Below are positions 11,033-21,819 of a stretch of DNA of 61,331 bases, one piece after another. The stretch is from Phoronis australis. Lineage: Eukaryota > Animalia > Phoronida. The stretch is taken from positions 1 through 61,331 of the forward strand of contig NMRA01001063.1 of assembly GCA_002633005.1 (NCBI GenBank), given 5' to 3'. The position numbers were made by a program, and so were the translations under genes. Positions within the stretch are counted from its first letter, which is position 1, and each line of letters starts with the position of its first letter. The notes below the pieces were generated by a model, which had not been told where the DNA came from, ran no database searches, and worked only from the letters and a program-made list of their open reading frames with translations.

Positions 11033-13984
11033 GGGTTAGTGTTAGGGTTAGGTTTAGGGTTAGGCCTAGGGTTAGGAGGTTTAGGGTTAGTGTTAGGTCT
11101 AGGGTTAGGTTTAGGGCTAGGGATAAGGCTAGAATTACGATTAAGGTTAGGACTAGGACTAGGGTTATTAAGGTTAGGGCTAGGGCTAGGGTTTGCGTTA
11201 GGCTTGAGGTTAGGGTTAGAGTTAGGGTTAGGGTTATGTTTAGGGATAGGGTTAGGGCTAAGGTTAGGTTTAGGGCTAGGGTTAGGGTTATGGTTAAAGT
11301 TAGGGATATGGTTAGGGTTAGGGTTAGGTTAGGGTAAGGGTTAGAGTTAGGGTGAGGGTTACGGTTGGTTTAGGGTTTTAGTTAGGGTTAGGGTTAGTGT
11401 TTGGATTTGGGTTAGGGATAGGTTATCGTGAGTGTGTCGGTGAGGGTAAGGGTCAGGGTCACGGACAGGGTTAAGGTCAGGGTCAGGGTGAAGGTTAGGG
11501 TTATGGTTAGGATTAGGTTTAGTGTAAGGGTTAGGGTTAGGGTTAGGGTTNNNNNNNNNNNNNNNNNNNNNNNNNNNNNNNNNNNNNNNNNNNNNNNNNN
11601 NNNNNNNNNNNNNNNNNNNNNNNNNNNNNNNNNNNNNNNNNNNNNNNNNNNNNNNNNNNNNNNNNNNNNNNNNNNNNNNNNNNNNNNNNNNNNNNNGGTT
11701 GGGAATGGGGTTGGGAATGGGGTTGGGGATAGGGTTGGGGTTTGGTTTGGGGTTGGGTTGGGTTTGGGGATGAGATTTGGGTAAGGGTTAGGGTTAGGGT
11801 TGGTATTGGGTTGGGGTTGGTGTTGAGGTTGGGTTTGGGAATGGGGTTGCAGTTGGGATTGCGGTTGGGGATGGGCTTGGGTTTCGGGTTAGGTTTAGGA
11901 TTAGTGTTAGGGTTAGGGTTAGTGTAAGTGTTACAATCAGGATTAGGGTTAGAGATAGGTTAGGGTTACTGTTAGGGTTACTGTTAGGTTTAGGTTTAGG
12001 GTTGGGTTAGGGATATTGTTAGGGTTAGGGTTAGGGTTAGGGTTAGGTTAAGGTTTCGTTATATGGTTAGGTTTATGGTTAGGGTTGATGTGAGGTTGGG
12101 GTTGTGGCTGAGTTAAGGGTTAGGATTTGCTTTAGGGTTAGATTAAGGGTTAGAATTTGGGTTAAGTTTAGGGTTAGGGTTACGGTTAGGGTAAAGTTTA
12201 GGGTTAGTGTTAGGGTAAGGGTGGGGTTTATGGTAAGGGATAGGGTTCGGGTAAGTGTTTGCGTTAGGATTAGTTAGGGTTATGTTTAGGGTTAGAGTTA
12301 GGGTTAGGTTTAGTTTTAGGTTTAGGGTTATGCTTAGGGTGGGGTGGGATTGGGGTTGTTGTTGGGGTTGGGTTAAGGGTAAGGGTTAGGATTTGGTTTA
12401 GGGTTAGCTTTAGTGTAAGGGTTAGTGTTAGGGTTAGGTTTAGGGTAAGGTTTAGGGTAAGGGTTAGGTTTAGTGTTAGGTTTAGGGTGAGGTTTATTGC
12501 AAGGGTTAGGATTAGAGTTAGGGATAGGGTTAGGGTAAGGGATAGGGTTAGAGTTAGGTTTAGGGTTTTAGGGTTAGGATTAGGGTTAGGTTGAGGGTGA
12601 GGTTTAGGGTTACAGTAATGGGTATGGTTAGGGTTAGGTTTAGGGTAAGGGTTAGGGTTAGGTTGAGGGTTAGGGTTAGGTTGAGGGTTAGGGTTAGGTT
12701 GAGGGTTAGGATTAGGGTAAGGGCTAGGGTTAGGGTTAAGTTAGGGTTGGGGTCTGGGTTGCGGTTTGGAATGGGTTTGGGGTTGGAGTTGAGTTTAGGG
12801 TTAGTAATGGGTTAGTGTTAGGGCTAGGTTCAGGGTGAGGGTTAGGGTTTGGGTATGGGTAAGGTTTAGGGTTAGGTTTAGGGTTAGTGTTGGGGTTGGG
12901 AATGGGGTTGGGAATGGGAATTGGTATGGGGTAAGGGTTAGGGTTAGGCTTAGGGTTAGTTAAGTATAAGTGTTAGCGTTAGGATTAGTGTTAGGGTTAG
13001 AGTTATGTTTAGGGTTAGAGTTAGGGTAAGGTTAAGGGTTAAGTTTTGGGTTAGGGTTATGGTTAGGGTTGGGGTGGGTTGGGGTTGTGGTTGGGGTTGG
13101 GTTAAGGGTTAAGATTTGGCTTATGGTTAGGTTTAGAGTAAGGGTTAGGGTTTGTGTTAAGTTTCCGTGAGGTTTAGGGTAAGGATTAGGATTAGGTATA
13201 GGTCTAGGGTAAGGGTTAGGGTTAGAGTTAGGTTTAGGGTTGTTAGGGTTAAGGTTAGGGTTAGGGTGAGGGTGTGGTTTAGGGTTACAGTAATGGTTAT
13301 GGTTAGGTTAGGTTTAGGGTAAGGGTTAGGGTTTGGTTGAGGGTTAGGGTTAGGTTGAGGGTTAGGGTTAGATTAAGGGTTAGTGGTAGGGTTAGGTTTA
13401 TTGTTAGGGTTAGGTTAGGGTTGGGCTTGGGGTTTGGAATGTGTTTGGGGTTGGAGTTGATGTTATGGTTAGGAATGGTTTAGGGTTAGGGTTAAGTTGA
13501 GGGTGAGGATTAAGGTTAGGGTAAGGGTAAGGTTTAGGATTAGGGTTAGGGTTGGGAATGGGGTTGGGGATGGGGCTTGGTTTGGGGTTGGTGTTGGGGT
13601 TGAGATTGGGGTAAGAGTTAGATTTAGGGTTGGGGTTGGTGTTGAGGTAGGGTTTGGGAATGGGGTTGGTGTTGGGAATGGGTTTGGGATTGCGGTTGGG
13701 GATGGGCTTGGGTTTGGGGTTGGGGTAAGGGTTAGGGTTAGTGTTAAGGTTAGGGTTATGTTTAGGGTGAGGGTGAGGGTTAGAGTTAGGGTTAGGGTTA
13801 GGGTTAGGGTTAGGTTAGGGTTAGGTTTAGGTTTAGGTTAGGTTTGGGTTTGTGGTTGGGATTGGGGTTGGAGTTGGGATTGGGATATGAAATGGGTTAG
13901 ATATTGGGGATGGGGTTGGGGTTTGAGTTAGGGAGGGGTTGGGGTTGGGGTTGGGGTTAAGATGGGGGTTGAGGTAAGTGTTAG
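11033..13984 (+). repeat. Long degenerate telomeric-like array (TTAGGG with TTGGGG/GGGAAT domains), containing an N gap
   Basis: Hexamer array with an internal block duplication (~12330-12830 vs ~13060-13500). Confidence 0.95.
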
Positions 13985-15509
13985 TGTCAGACAATTGACA
14001 GTGTTTATGTTTAAAAGGTAGCTATGCCTATAGATTGTGCGTAGATGGAGAGTGAATAATGAAATCCAGTAATTAATTTATTATATGATAACCCCTAATT
14101 AGGGAAGTGAAACCTATTGTTAATTAAGTAATCAACTACAAAGAGTAACTACGCTAGCACCCTCTTTAAAGATTACTTTAATCAATCAACCAAAATAACC
14201 AAATGTCTTATCTGCTATCCAAGCTAGGACTCTCCACTTGTTGGATGACTGTCCTGTTGGTGAATCTTCGAACTACACACACTGTATAGCGACAGTGTAC
14301 TTGCTGTTCACCGTCTCTGGTGATACAACACTTGCAGGCAATTTCGTCTACACGCGATTCTTCTTGCTGGTCACAGTCTCTGGCTGATGACGCAACACTT
14401 CAGGTAGTATCTTACTACCCACAATGCAAGTGACAAGCTCTTAGTTAACTTCCTGTTCGTTAACCCTTGCCCTTGCGGTGGCACTGAATAGTTAGGTTGT
14501 GGCCGCGGCCAATTTGCACTCCCAAAATGTTAAAATCTAGGGCTAGGCCAGGCTTGGGGGCATTTTTCAATTAGGTATTGTGTGTAGGCCAAGTGAATGT
14601 TTTTTTGTATTTGTGAACATGCTGGGAATGAAAAAAGGCCAGATGGTGGCCCCCTGTTGCAGTTGTGCATTGCTGTGTAGCAACTGAGAAATTGGCCGCG
14701 ATTTCAGGTAGCCCTCAAACAAGCCAGATTTGAAAAAAAATAGTTGGTTGACAGTACTTTTGGACCACATTTTTGGAATCGGTAGGAAATTTGCTTTCGG
14801 AATCTAATGTTGGCTTTAGTCGAGCATCGGCAGGAAAGTGGTGATTTTGGGGTGAAAAGTGCCGATTTTGCATTTTTGCCCTCATTTTTCTAATTTCGGC
14901 TTGATTTCTACTGGGAGTGAATGGGTCAAAAATACAAGAGAGAATAAAGTTTCTGTGCTCATCTGTAGGGCTTGTGATGTGAAATGACTCAAAGCATTTC
15001 CTTATTTGCATGCAGTTTTTGACAAAGTGAAGAAAGGGTGAAGAGTGCATAGACGTGTGTTCTGACAGGCAAACCCCTGTGAGAACTGTTCTGTGCCTCC
15101 TTGCCAAGATCCTTTCTAGAATCTTCCACGAGATGGCTCTGTCGTATAATTTCCTCTGTACACTGTAGCAAGTGTTTATGCTTCAACTACTATAGCGCAT
15201 CTAATTATCTTGTGGATTTCAGCCCATAATATAACATTCTACTTATTTAGTGATTGGCTAATAAAAACCACATGATCATATCCAATCATATTATTGTCTG
15301 TTACAATTTGTTCTCAGAATTTTCTAGAATCTCTACAGTACTTTAACCCCAAAACCCAAAGTTGTAAACACCATCTAAAAATAGATTTAGACGTTAAAGT
15401 ACATGTCAACAAGTCTGACCACATGATTTAAAAGTACATATGCACAAATTTTGGGCAACTTAAAATGGATCTATTCTTACTAATTACTTAATCAATATTT
15501 ATTCTGATA
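13985..15509. mobile_element. Second solo LTR-like insertion (1525 bp) in telomeric-like repeats
   Basis: Ends TGTCAGA...TCTGATA (1 mismatch); GTTAG on both flanks (13980-13984, 15510-15514); internal direct repeat at ~14300-14420; perfect HSE triads at 15114-15126 and 15317-15329; no clear CDS. Confidence 0.65.
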
Positions 15510-16527
15510 GTTAGGGTTAGGTTTAGGGTTGGGGTGGGGGTTGGGGTTAGGGCTAGTGTTAGAGTTAGGGTTAGGGTTAGGTTAGGGTTGGGGTTTGGGT
15601 TTGGGTTCGCCTTGGTTTGGGTTTGGGGTTGGGGTTTGAAATGGGGTTGGGTTTGGGAATGGGGTTGGGGTTGTGCTTGGGATTGGGGTTGAGTATGGGG
15701 TTGGGCATGGGGGTGGGGTTGGTGTGGGGTTGGGGTAAAGATCAGGGTTAGGGTTAGGTTTAGGGTTTGGGTTATGGTTAGGGTTAGTGAAAGGGTAAGG
15801 GTTAGGGTAAGGGTTAGGGTTTGGGTAAGGGTTAGAGTTTAGATAAGGGTTAGGGTTAGGTTTAGGGTGAGGGTGAGGGTTAGGGTTTGTTTAAGGGTTA
15901 TGTTTAGGGTTATGTTAAGGGTTAAGGTTAGGGTAAGGGTTAGGTTGAGGGATAGGGTTAGGGTTGGGCTTGGGGTTAGGGTTCGGTTGTTGGGTTTGGG
16001 AATGGGGTTGGGGTTGGTAATGGGTTTGGGGTTGGGGGATGGGATTGGGGTTGTTGTTATGGTTGGAATTAAGGTTAGGGATAGAGTTAGGGTTAGGACT
16101 AGGGTTATTGTTAGGGCAAGGTTTAGGTTAAGGTTAAGGTTAGGGTTCAGGGTGATGTTTAGGTTTAGGGTTGGAGTTAGGGTTAAGGTTAGGCTTAGTG
16201 TTAAGGTTAGTGTTAAGGTTACTGTTAGGGTTAGGTTTAGGGTTAGGCTTATCGTTAGGGTAAGGTTTAGGGTTAGGGTAAGGCTTAGGTTTAGTGTTAG
16301 GGTTAGTTTTAGCTTTGGTGTAAGTGTTAGGGATAGTGTTAGGGTTAGTCTTAGGATTAGGCTCAGGGTTAGGGTTAAGGTTAGGTTTAGGGTTAGGCTT
16401 AGGGTTAGTGTTTGGGTTGGGGTTAGGGTTAGGATTACGGTGAGGGTTAGGGTTGGGGTTGGGGTTGGGTTTTAGGGTTGGGTTTGGTGTTGGGGTTAGG
16501 GTTGGGGTTTGATTTGGGTTTGTGGAT
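15510..16527 (+). repeat. Degenerate telomeric-like array
   Basis: TTAGGG, TTGGGG and TTAGTG hexamers. Confidence 0.95.
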
Positions 16528-16915
16528 TGGCCAGTGACCTCCAGTGGCCTCCATTGGTCTCCACAACGCCTCATTGGGTTTTAGGGACCTTCATTGTCCT
16601 CCCAGGGCCCCAGTGGTCTCCAGAGGTCCCCATTGACCTACAGTGGCCTCCAGTGGCCTTTGCCGTGGCCTCCAGAGGCCCACAGTGGCCTCCAGAGGGC
16701 TCCAGTGGCCTCCAATGGCTTGTAGTAGCCTCCAGTGGCCTCCACTTCTCTCCAGTGTCCTGCAATGGCCGCCAGTGGCCTCCAGGGGCGTCCAGTGGCC
16801 CCCATTGGCCTCCAGTGTCCCTCGGTGGTTTCCAGGGGCCTCAACTGGCGCCACTGCAAAGGCCAATGGAGGCAACGGAAGGTCACTGGAGCCCTCTGGA
16901 GGCCACTGGAGTTCC
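16528..16915 (+). repeat. Terminal (GGCCTCCAGT)n block whose last ~55 bp are inverted
   Basis: Satellite units up to ~16858, then actggagccctctggaggccactggag, the reverse complement of sequence near 16684-16712. Confidence 0.9.
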
Positions 16916-17393
16916 CTGCTAGCCAGAGGCAGACATCCAGCACTAGTTGGTCTTCTTTGGTGCTGGTTTGTGTGAGCAGCCGTCACTACTTATAGTGTAA
17001 AAAAGTTTTAACGTCATTTTACCATGCTCGAAGCATTGGTGAGGGTCTTTTTCTAAAAACTACCTCTCGTTTGCAATCTTTTTCATTGATTGTCTTACTT
17101 ACTTTTTAAACGTGTCAGGTATGCGAAATGATGATCATCATTTATGAATTACATTCTTTATCGTTTGATTCTGCTGTAATCATGCACCATCAAGAACTGT
17201 CGAAGGCTTTTCAAATGATATTACTCTTGTGCACTTCGGTTTGAAAACGGAGGAGTTGCAAAAACTTTTCGTGACACTGAATTCGATGGCAATAACCAAC
17301 ACCGGAACAAACGAATGGAAACAAATGCAACGCATGCGCATTGCAACCTTAGCAGCTAGAGATCGAAGTTGGCATTCCAGGGCTAGAATTTAG

Positions 17394-17798
17394 TGCCCGA
17401 TTGCACGAAACAGTCCCAAATAGGGTTCCGTAAATCTTTTGCGTGTTTGTTTTGTTCTATACTCAGAGGCGTAGCATTTTTTCTATCAGTTTACCTTTAT
17501 TATGAGCTCTCCTTTTACTAATGAGATTTTCTAATAATAGTCTATAACTGAAAATTGAGCCTTTAATTCCATTAAAATATTTAGGGACTAAATTAGGAGC
17601 GTTGCAGGAAAAGAGACTTTCTAATTTTAAATAATATTGAGAATTTAGCATAGTGTTTACTTTCGGTTTTGTATCAAAGTCAAATATTAATTTAGTAATG
17701 AGACTCAAACAGCATAAGAAATGACACAAGTTTTTTCACAAGTCCATAAATACGCTGCAGATTTAGGGAACTAGGTTAAGTTTCATGCAACCGACCAC
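17394..17798. mobile_element. MITE with short TIRs (PIF/Harbinger-group-like); related partial copies at ~33625-33870 and ~47270-47325 (-)
   Basis: GTGCCCGATTGCACGAAAC...GTTTCATGCAACCGACCAC imperfect TIRs; shared string gaaacagtcccaaata in the other copies. Confidence 0.55.
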
Positions 17799-18296
17799 CG
17801 TGCCCCTAATCAACCAAATCCAGATGCATCTATGAAGAACTTAAAAAGGCATGGAACGCGAAAACTCGTAAAAATACCTTCAAACAGATCGTGGTGAATC
17901 TCCGTCTTGGGGATGCTGACACGAGAATTATTATTATTTCACGAATTTCTAAAAAAGTCGTCATATTCACTATTTTGGAACATAGACGAAAATAAGTCTT
18001 TTTCATCTCAATGTAGTTTTCAAGTTTGCCGCCATAAGGGATTACAGTTAATGGATAGTTTCTTTTTGGAAACTAAATGAGAAATGATATGACATCAACG
18101 GAAAATCTTTGCGAACAAATCGTAAAAATCTGGTGAATAGTTTGACTTTTGTTTTATTGGCAGAGAACCATTTTGAATAACGCAATTTAGTCTGTTTTTT
18201 ACGTTGTATGCCACTTTAAGGTCTGCTAGTATTCTTTGACATGCAGTAGGCGTAACAAGTTTCATGTTAGGCAGTAGAGTCGGAAGTTTGTATGTG

Positions 18297-18354
18297 TGAC
18301 GTCACAACGATAACGCTTATAAAGTACAGCATGACCCACAACACTGAATCAGTT
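18297..18354 (+). promoter_or_regulatory. Pol II promoter: CRE, TATA and Inr
   Basis: TGACGTCA at 18297-18304, TATAAA at 18318-18323, TCAGTT at 18349-18354 (~31 bp after TATA), ~65 bp upstream of an ATG in strong context (AAGATGG). Confidence 0.7.
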
Positions 18355-18415
18355 GGTGAATATCAGTTGAGAGCAATTAGAGAGAAGCGCATAATTGTAT
18401 AAGTGGTCTTTCAAG

Positions 18416-18497
18416 ATGGCAAAGCTGAAACTGTACAAGTCATTGCTTGGGACTATTCATACTATTTGTATTCTTCAAAATGTTTTCTGTATTCCAA
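18416..18497 (+). CDS. Exon 1 of a putative secreted precursor gene (signal-peptide-like MAKLKLYKSLLGTIHTICILQNVFCIP)
   Basis: Kozak-type ATG, basic N-terminus plus hydrophobic stretch, phase-1 donor GTAAGT at 18498. Confidence 0.65.
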
Positions 18498-19926
18498 GTA
18501 AGTTTTTAGAATTCATTTTGCTAGTACTAGACTGATCCCAGTTCAAGGCATGCCTACATATGAGTTGGCTTCGTATCGAGTGCTGTTAGTCTTTTTAAGC
18601 ACGCTAGGCAATTGCGATTAGACTATATCTGTTGATCCGGTAGAAGCTGCTCAAGGCAACATTTTAACTCAATATTGATAATGCTAAGTGTTCAAAGATA
18701 TAACATAGAGCATCCTTTTTATAAAGAGCACTTCAAGTATTGTAATTAAATACTGTAAACAACATATTTAGATATTGGAAAGCTGAGAAAACATTGTTAG
18801 GCGAATGTGAATTAACGTGTGGACCGTTATATTCTGCACGGGCTCCAGGTTGGAACACACGCTGATCTAATCTAGACTTACATATTTTGATTCATCGAGT
18901 TCTTGTCTCGACTCTTAGTTAGTGATCACATGTAGTAGAGTAGCCCGTCGCGTCATGCAATGTCGTGTTCATTTTTGGATATTTATAAACTTGATCAATC
19001 TACAGACCTATTTATGAGACCCCAAAAACGCCGTCGGCTGGCCGTTACTTCGAAAGTTGGATCCGCCAGTGCAACCCTCTCACTCTGTCATGGGCCTAAC
19101 AGGGTGAGGGTGTGTACAAATGGACGCGTACTAGTATGGTACATATGCTTGAAAAATTCAACACGAAGAAAACATCTGTCTTTTGCTACTCAGCGCGTGT
19201 CGCAGGCTCTTGAATGATCTATTTTTAACTTGTGCTCAAGCCCTTCGAGCTATTCGTGGCTTGGGCTGAGTTCTACCAACGTGTGCCGTTGTGTTTTAGT
19301 GTCTGTTAACTTACGTTTGCCGAAAAGAACATTCAGTAACATAGGTAACTCCCAAACCCAATTGTTTGGTGACAACGCCTTGACAAGTCAATAGATGTTA
19401 AGCTTTGTAACTAAATACATTTTTTTGTTCTTACAATTCAAATATATTACGCCTTACCTTTACCTAATGGAGCTCTAATTTGCTACAATTAGAGAAATTA
19501 TCACACAGGTACACGTATGTAAATGTGTTTTCGTTTAGAGGGATATTATCGGTTTTATGGCCACAAAATGCATTTTGGTATTATTGTTGGATGGGATAAA
19601 CTTCTCGTAGTTATTAGCTTTGACCTGTGCTATACGATAACAAATCCTGTTGTGTTCTGAATTTGTGACTTTATTACAAATTGTCAAGTCTCGCCGTTGT
19701 CTTCCAGTCATTCTCTGATATCAAGACCGGTGACTACCAATTGAACATGTTAAAATTACTCGCTTATTTATCGACACGGCAGCTGAGCGTCACATTTTGA
19801 CCGCATGGGTTATAGATTTGATTCCACCCTGAGACCTCAAAATGTTACTTAGTCTCGCCTATAACGTCCCTTCAAAATGAGACCAATTTTGATCCAACAT
19901 AAACTTAAACCTTTCGACATTTTCAG

Positions 19927-19961
19927 TGTATGCCGATCGAAGAACAGCTTCAGATGAGAGG
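19927..19961 (+). CDS. Putative exon 2 (MYADRRTASDER), phase 1 to 0
   Basis: TTTTCAG acceptor and GTATGT donor; frame compatible with exon 1. Confidence 0.5.
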
Positions 19962-20004
19962 GTATGTATGCATAATAGTTACCATCGTACACTATAAATA
20001 TATT

Positions 20005-20106
20005 TATTTCATAGGCCTCCCTTGTTTTGAAACCACAAATTCACAACTGTACAAAGACATTCATTTCATAGGCCTCCCTTGTTTTGAAACCATAAATTCA
20101 CAACTT
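20005..20106 (+). repeat. Tandem duplication with a ~59-bp period
   Basis: atttcataggcctcccttgttttgaaaccaYaaattcacaact occurs twice. Confidence 0.8.
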
Positions 20107-20178
20107 TACAATGACGCTCACAGTCAGTAAATACACACGCATGTGCTACAAAGATTATAAAACAAACGGTGCTTAATT

Positions 20179-20400
20179 TCATTGCCAAGAAATATGTTTT
20201 GCCACCTCATTTAAGACTAGAATTTCATTTGATGTCAGAACAGTGTGCATCTGTTCAGGACTATATTCTTTCCTTAAAGATTCTGGTAATGTACATTGTC
20301 TAAGGTTTTCCAGCATTTCACAACGACAGAGAAAATGGTACACATCTGCGATCTCACCATTTAGACACAATTCATAATATCTGTGTTTGCGTTTCACAAG
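20179..20400 (-). pseudogene. 3' remnant of a non-LTR retrotransposon ORF2 (C-terminal cysteine knuckle)
   Basis: ELCLNGEIADVYHFLCRCEMLENLRQ resembles the C..C....ED..HF...C....LR motif at the end of LINE ORF2 proteins. Confidence 0.55.
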
Positions 20401-21562
20401 TCATAAACTGATAATTAGGCACTGTGTCGTGAAAGGTTGTGTGTTTTACCAGAGCAAAACCTTGAAACAAAGGTTCACTTGATAAGTTTCCATATTCATA
20501 CCGTCTCTACGAATTGCCGGGAGATACCACGGTCTTAGCAAAGACTGGTCTTGCAACATTTGATAACACGGGCCCTCATAGCGTAAATTTCAACATCATC
20601 GTTTAGACATGCAGCAAGCAGGGGTGGAGGTAAATGTCAATATTATTTATCGTGTACTCATTTCTGTTGATTCAGACTTCAACAGGCGACTTACAAAATA
20701 ATAGCAAAGTTGAAACATGGAGCACCTTACAGGGGCGGATCCATGATTTTTAATTAGGGGGTCAGGCAGAGTATTAGCCAGGATTTTGCCCGTCAGACGT
20801 TCGCACGACCCAATTGTGAAATGGAATCTGGGAGAATTTTAGGGGGAGCCATGGCAACCTTGGCCCCCCCTCTAAATAAAATTTACTAACTCTCTTTACT
20901 CGTTCGAAATTGTGAGACGTCAGAGGATTTCAGATTTGATTCGTTAGAGCTATGAATCAATGGAGATTTTGTTTGTAATTGTTGAGGAGCTCAATTAACA
21001 AGCACGTGAACTATGTCTGTTATTTAATGAGATACACATAAATAGCAACGTTGTCATGATGTTATCAGCCGTAGATGATTTATTCTGGTGTTAAGTTTTA
21101 TTAAGCATCACTATCTCCACCCTTTACAACAAATATGCATGTTGTTGTATTTACGTGAGGTCATCTTGGTGAAAATTTGAAACGTGTAGTGGAACAGTTA
21201 GTACCTTTATCTAAAGATTACTCACAAACAGATAACTTTGGAGAGAAGTTTTGTCAAACAATACGGGCGTACAAAGTGTGTGGGAGATGGTAAGGGTAAA
21301 TTGAAACAACAGAATTTATCTGCGCTATGATATTTTCGTATTCACCTTTGGCTATGGCTCAGTAAGATTTTCTTGTTTTATAAACTCGCTTTGCTGAGAG
21401 AAACAAAAGAAACAATGACAAATGTGCTCATATGAGTACATAACGATTTCAAAAACGCCTATTAAGTCCCTATCCCGTGTTCTCAAACATAGCTGTATGG
21501 AGTTATTATTGGGTAAAACCGGTCGCGTTAATACCCACTGCTAGCATTAGTATTACAATTAT

Positions 21563-21601
21563 CACCACCACCACCAGTCATAATCATCATCATCGACATC
21601 A

Positions 21602-21632
<31 letters not shown>

Positions 21633-21670
21633 CATCACCATCATCATCATCCTCATCAACACTATTACAA
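21563..21670 (+). repeat. (CAT/CAC)n trinucleotide microsatellite
   Basis: Read directly. Confidence 0.95.
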
Positions 21671-21798
21671 TTATTTTTGTCACCACAGTACTATTATTGA
21701 ATGATAATGTGCATTTGCTTACTATGATATTGTTATTACACTTACCGCATATCGCTACTAACGCTGCTGAAAGCAATTTTCTGTTTTATGCCTTCCAG

Positions 21799-21819
21799 GT
21801 GATGAATCTGAAAGATAAG
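21799..21819 (+). CDS. Putative 21-nt microexon (VMNLKDK), phase 0
   Basis: ccttccAG acceptor and GTAAGC donor; only phase 0 is open, matching exon 2. Confidence 0.55.

Noticed and set aside
4133-16527. A true terminal telomere
   Set aside because: The repeats are highly degenerate, interspersed with satellite, and oriented with the G-strand towards the unique DNA.
11027-16574. [12 protein letters not shown] and LTLT ORFs
   Set aside because: They are translations of telomeric hexamers.
16984-16997. CACTA...TAGTG mini-palindrome as a CACTA element end
   Set aside because: No partner TIR or TSD is visible in the window; kept only as an alternative to the ACTACT-terminus reading.
20675-20730. 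Possible extra exon after ttgattcAG
   Set aside because: It has no donor site and runs into a CAGGGGCGGATCC MITE fragment.
21477-21776. Poly-His and poly-Met ORFs
   Set aside because: They are translations of a (CAT)n microsatellite.
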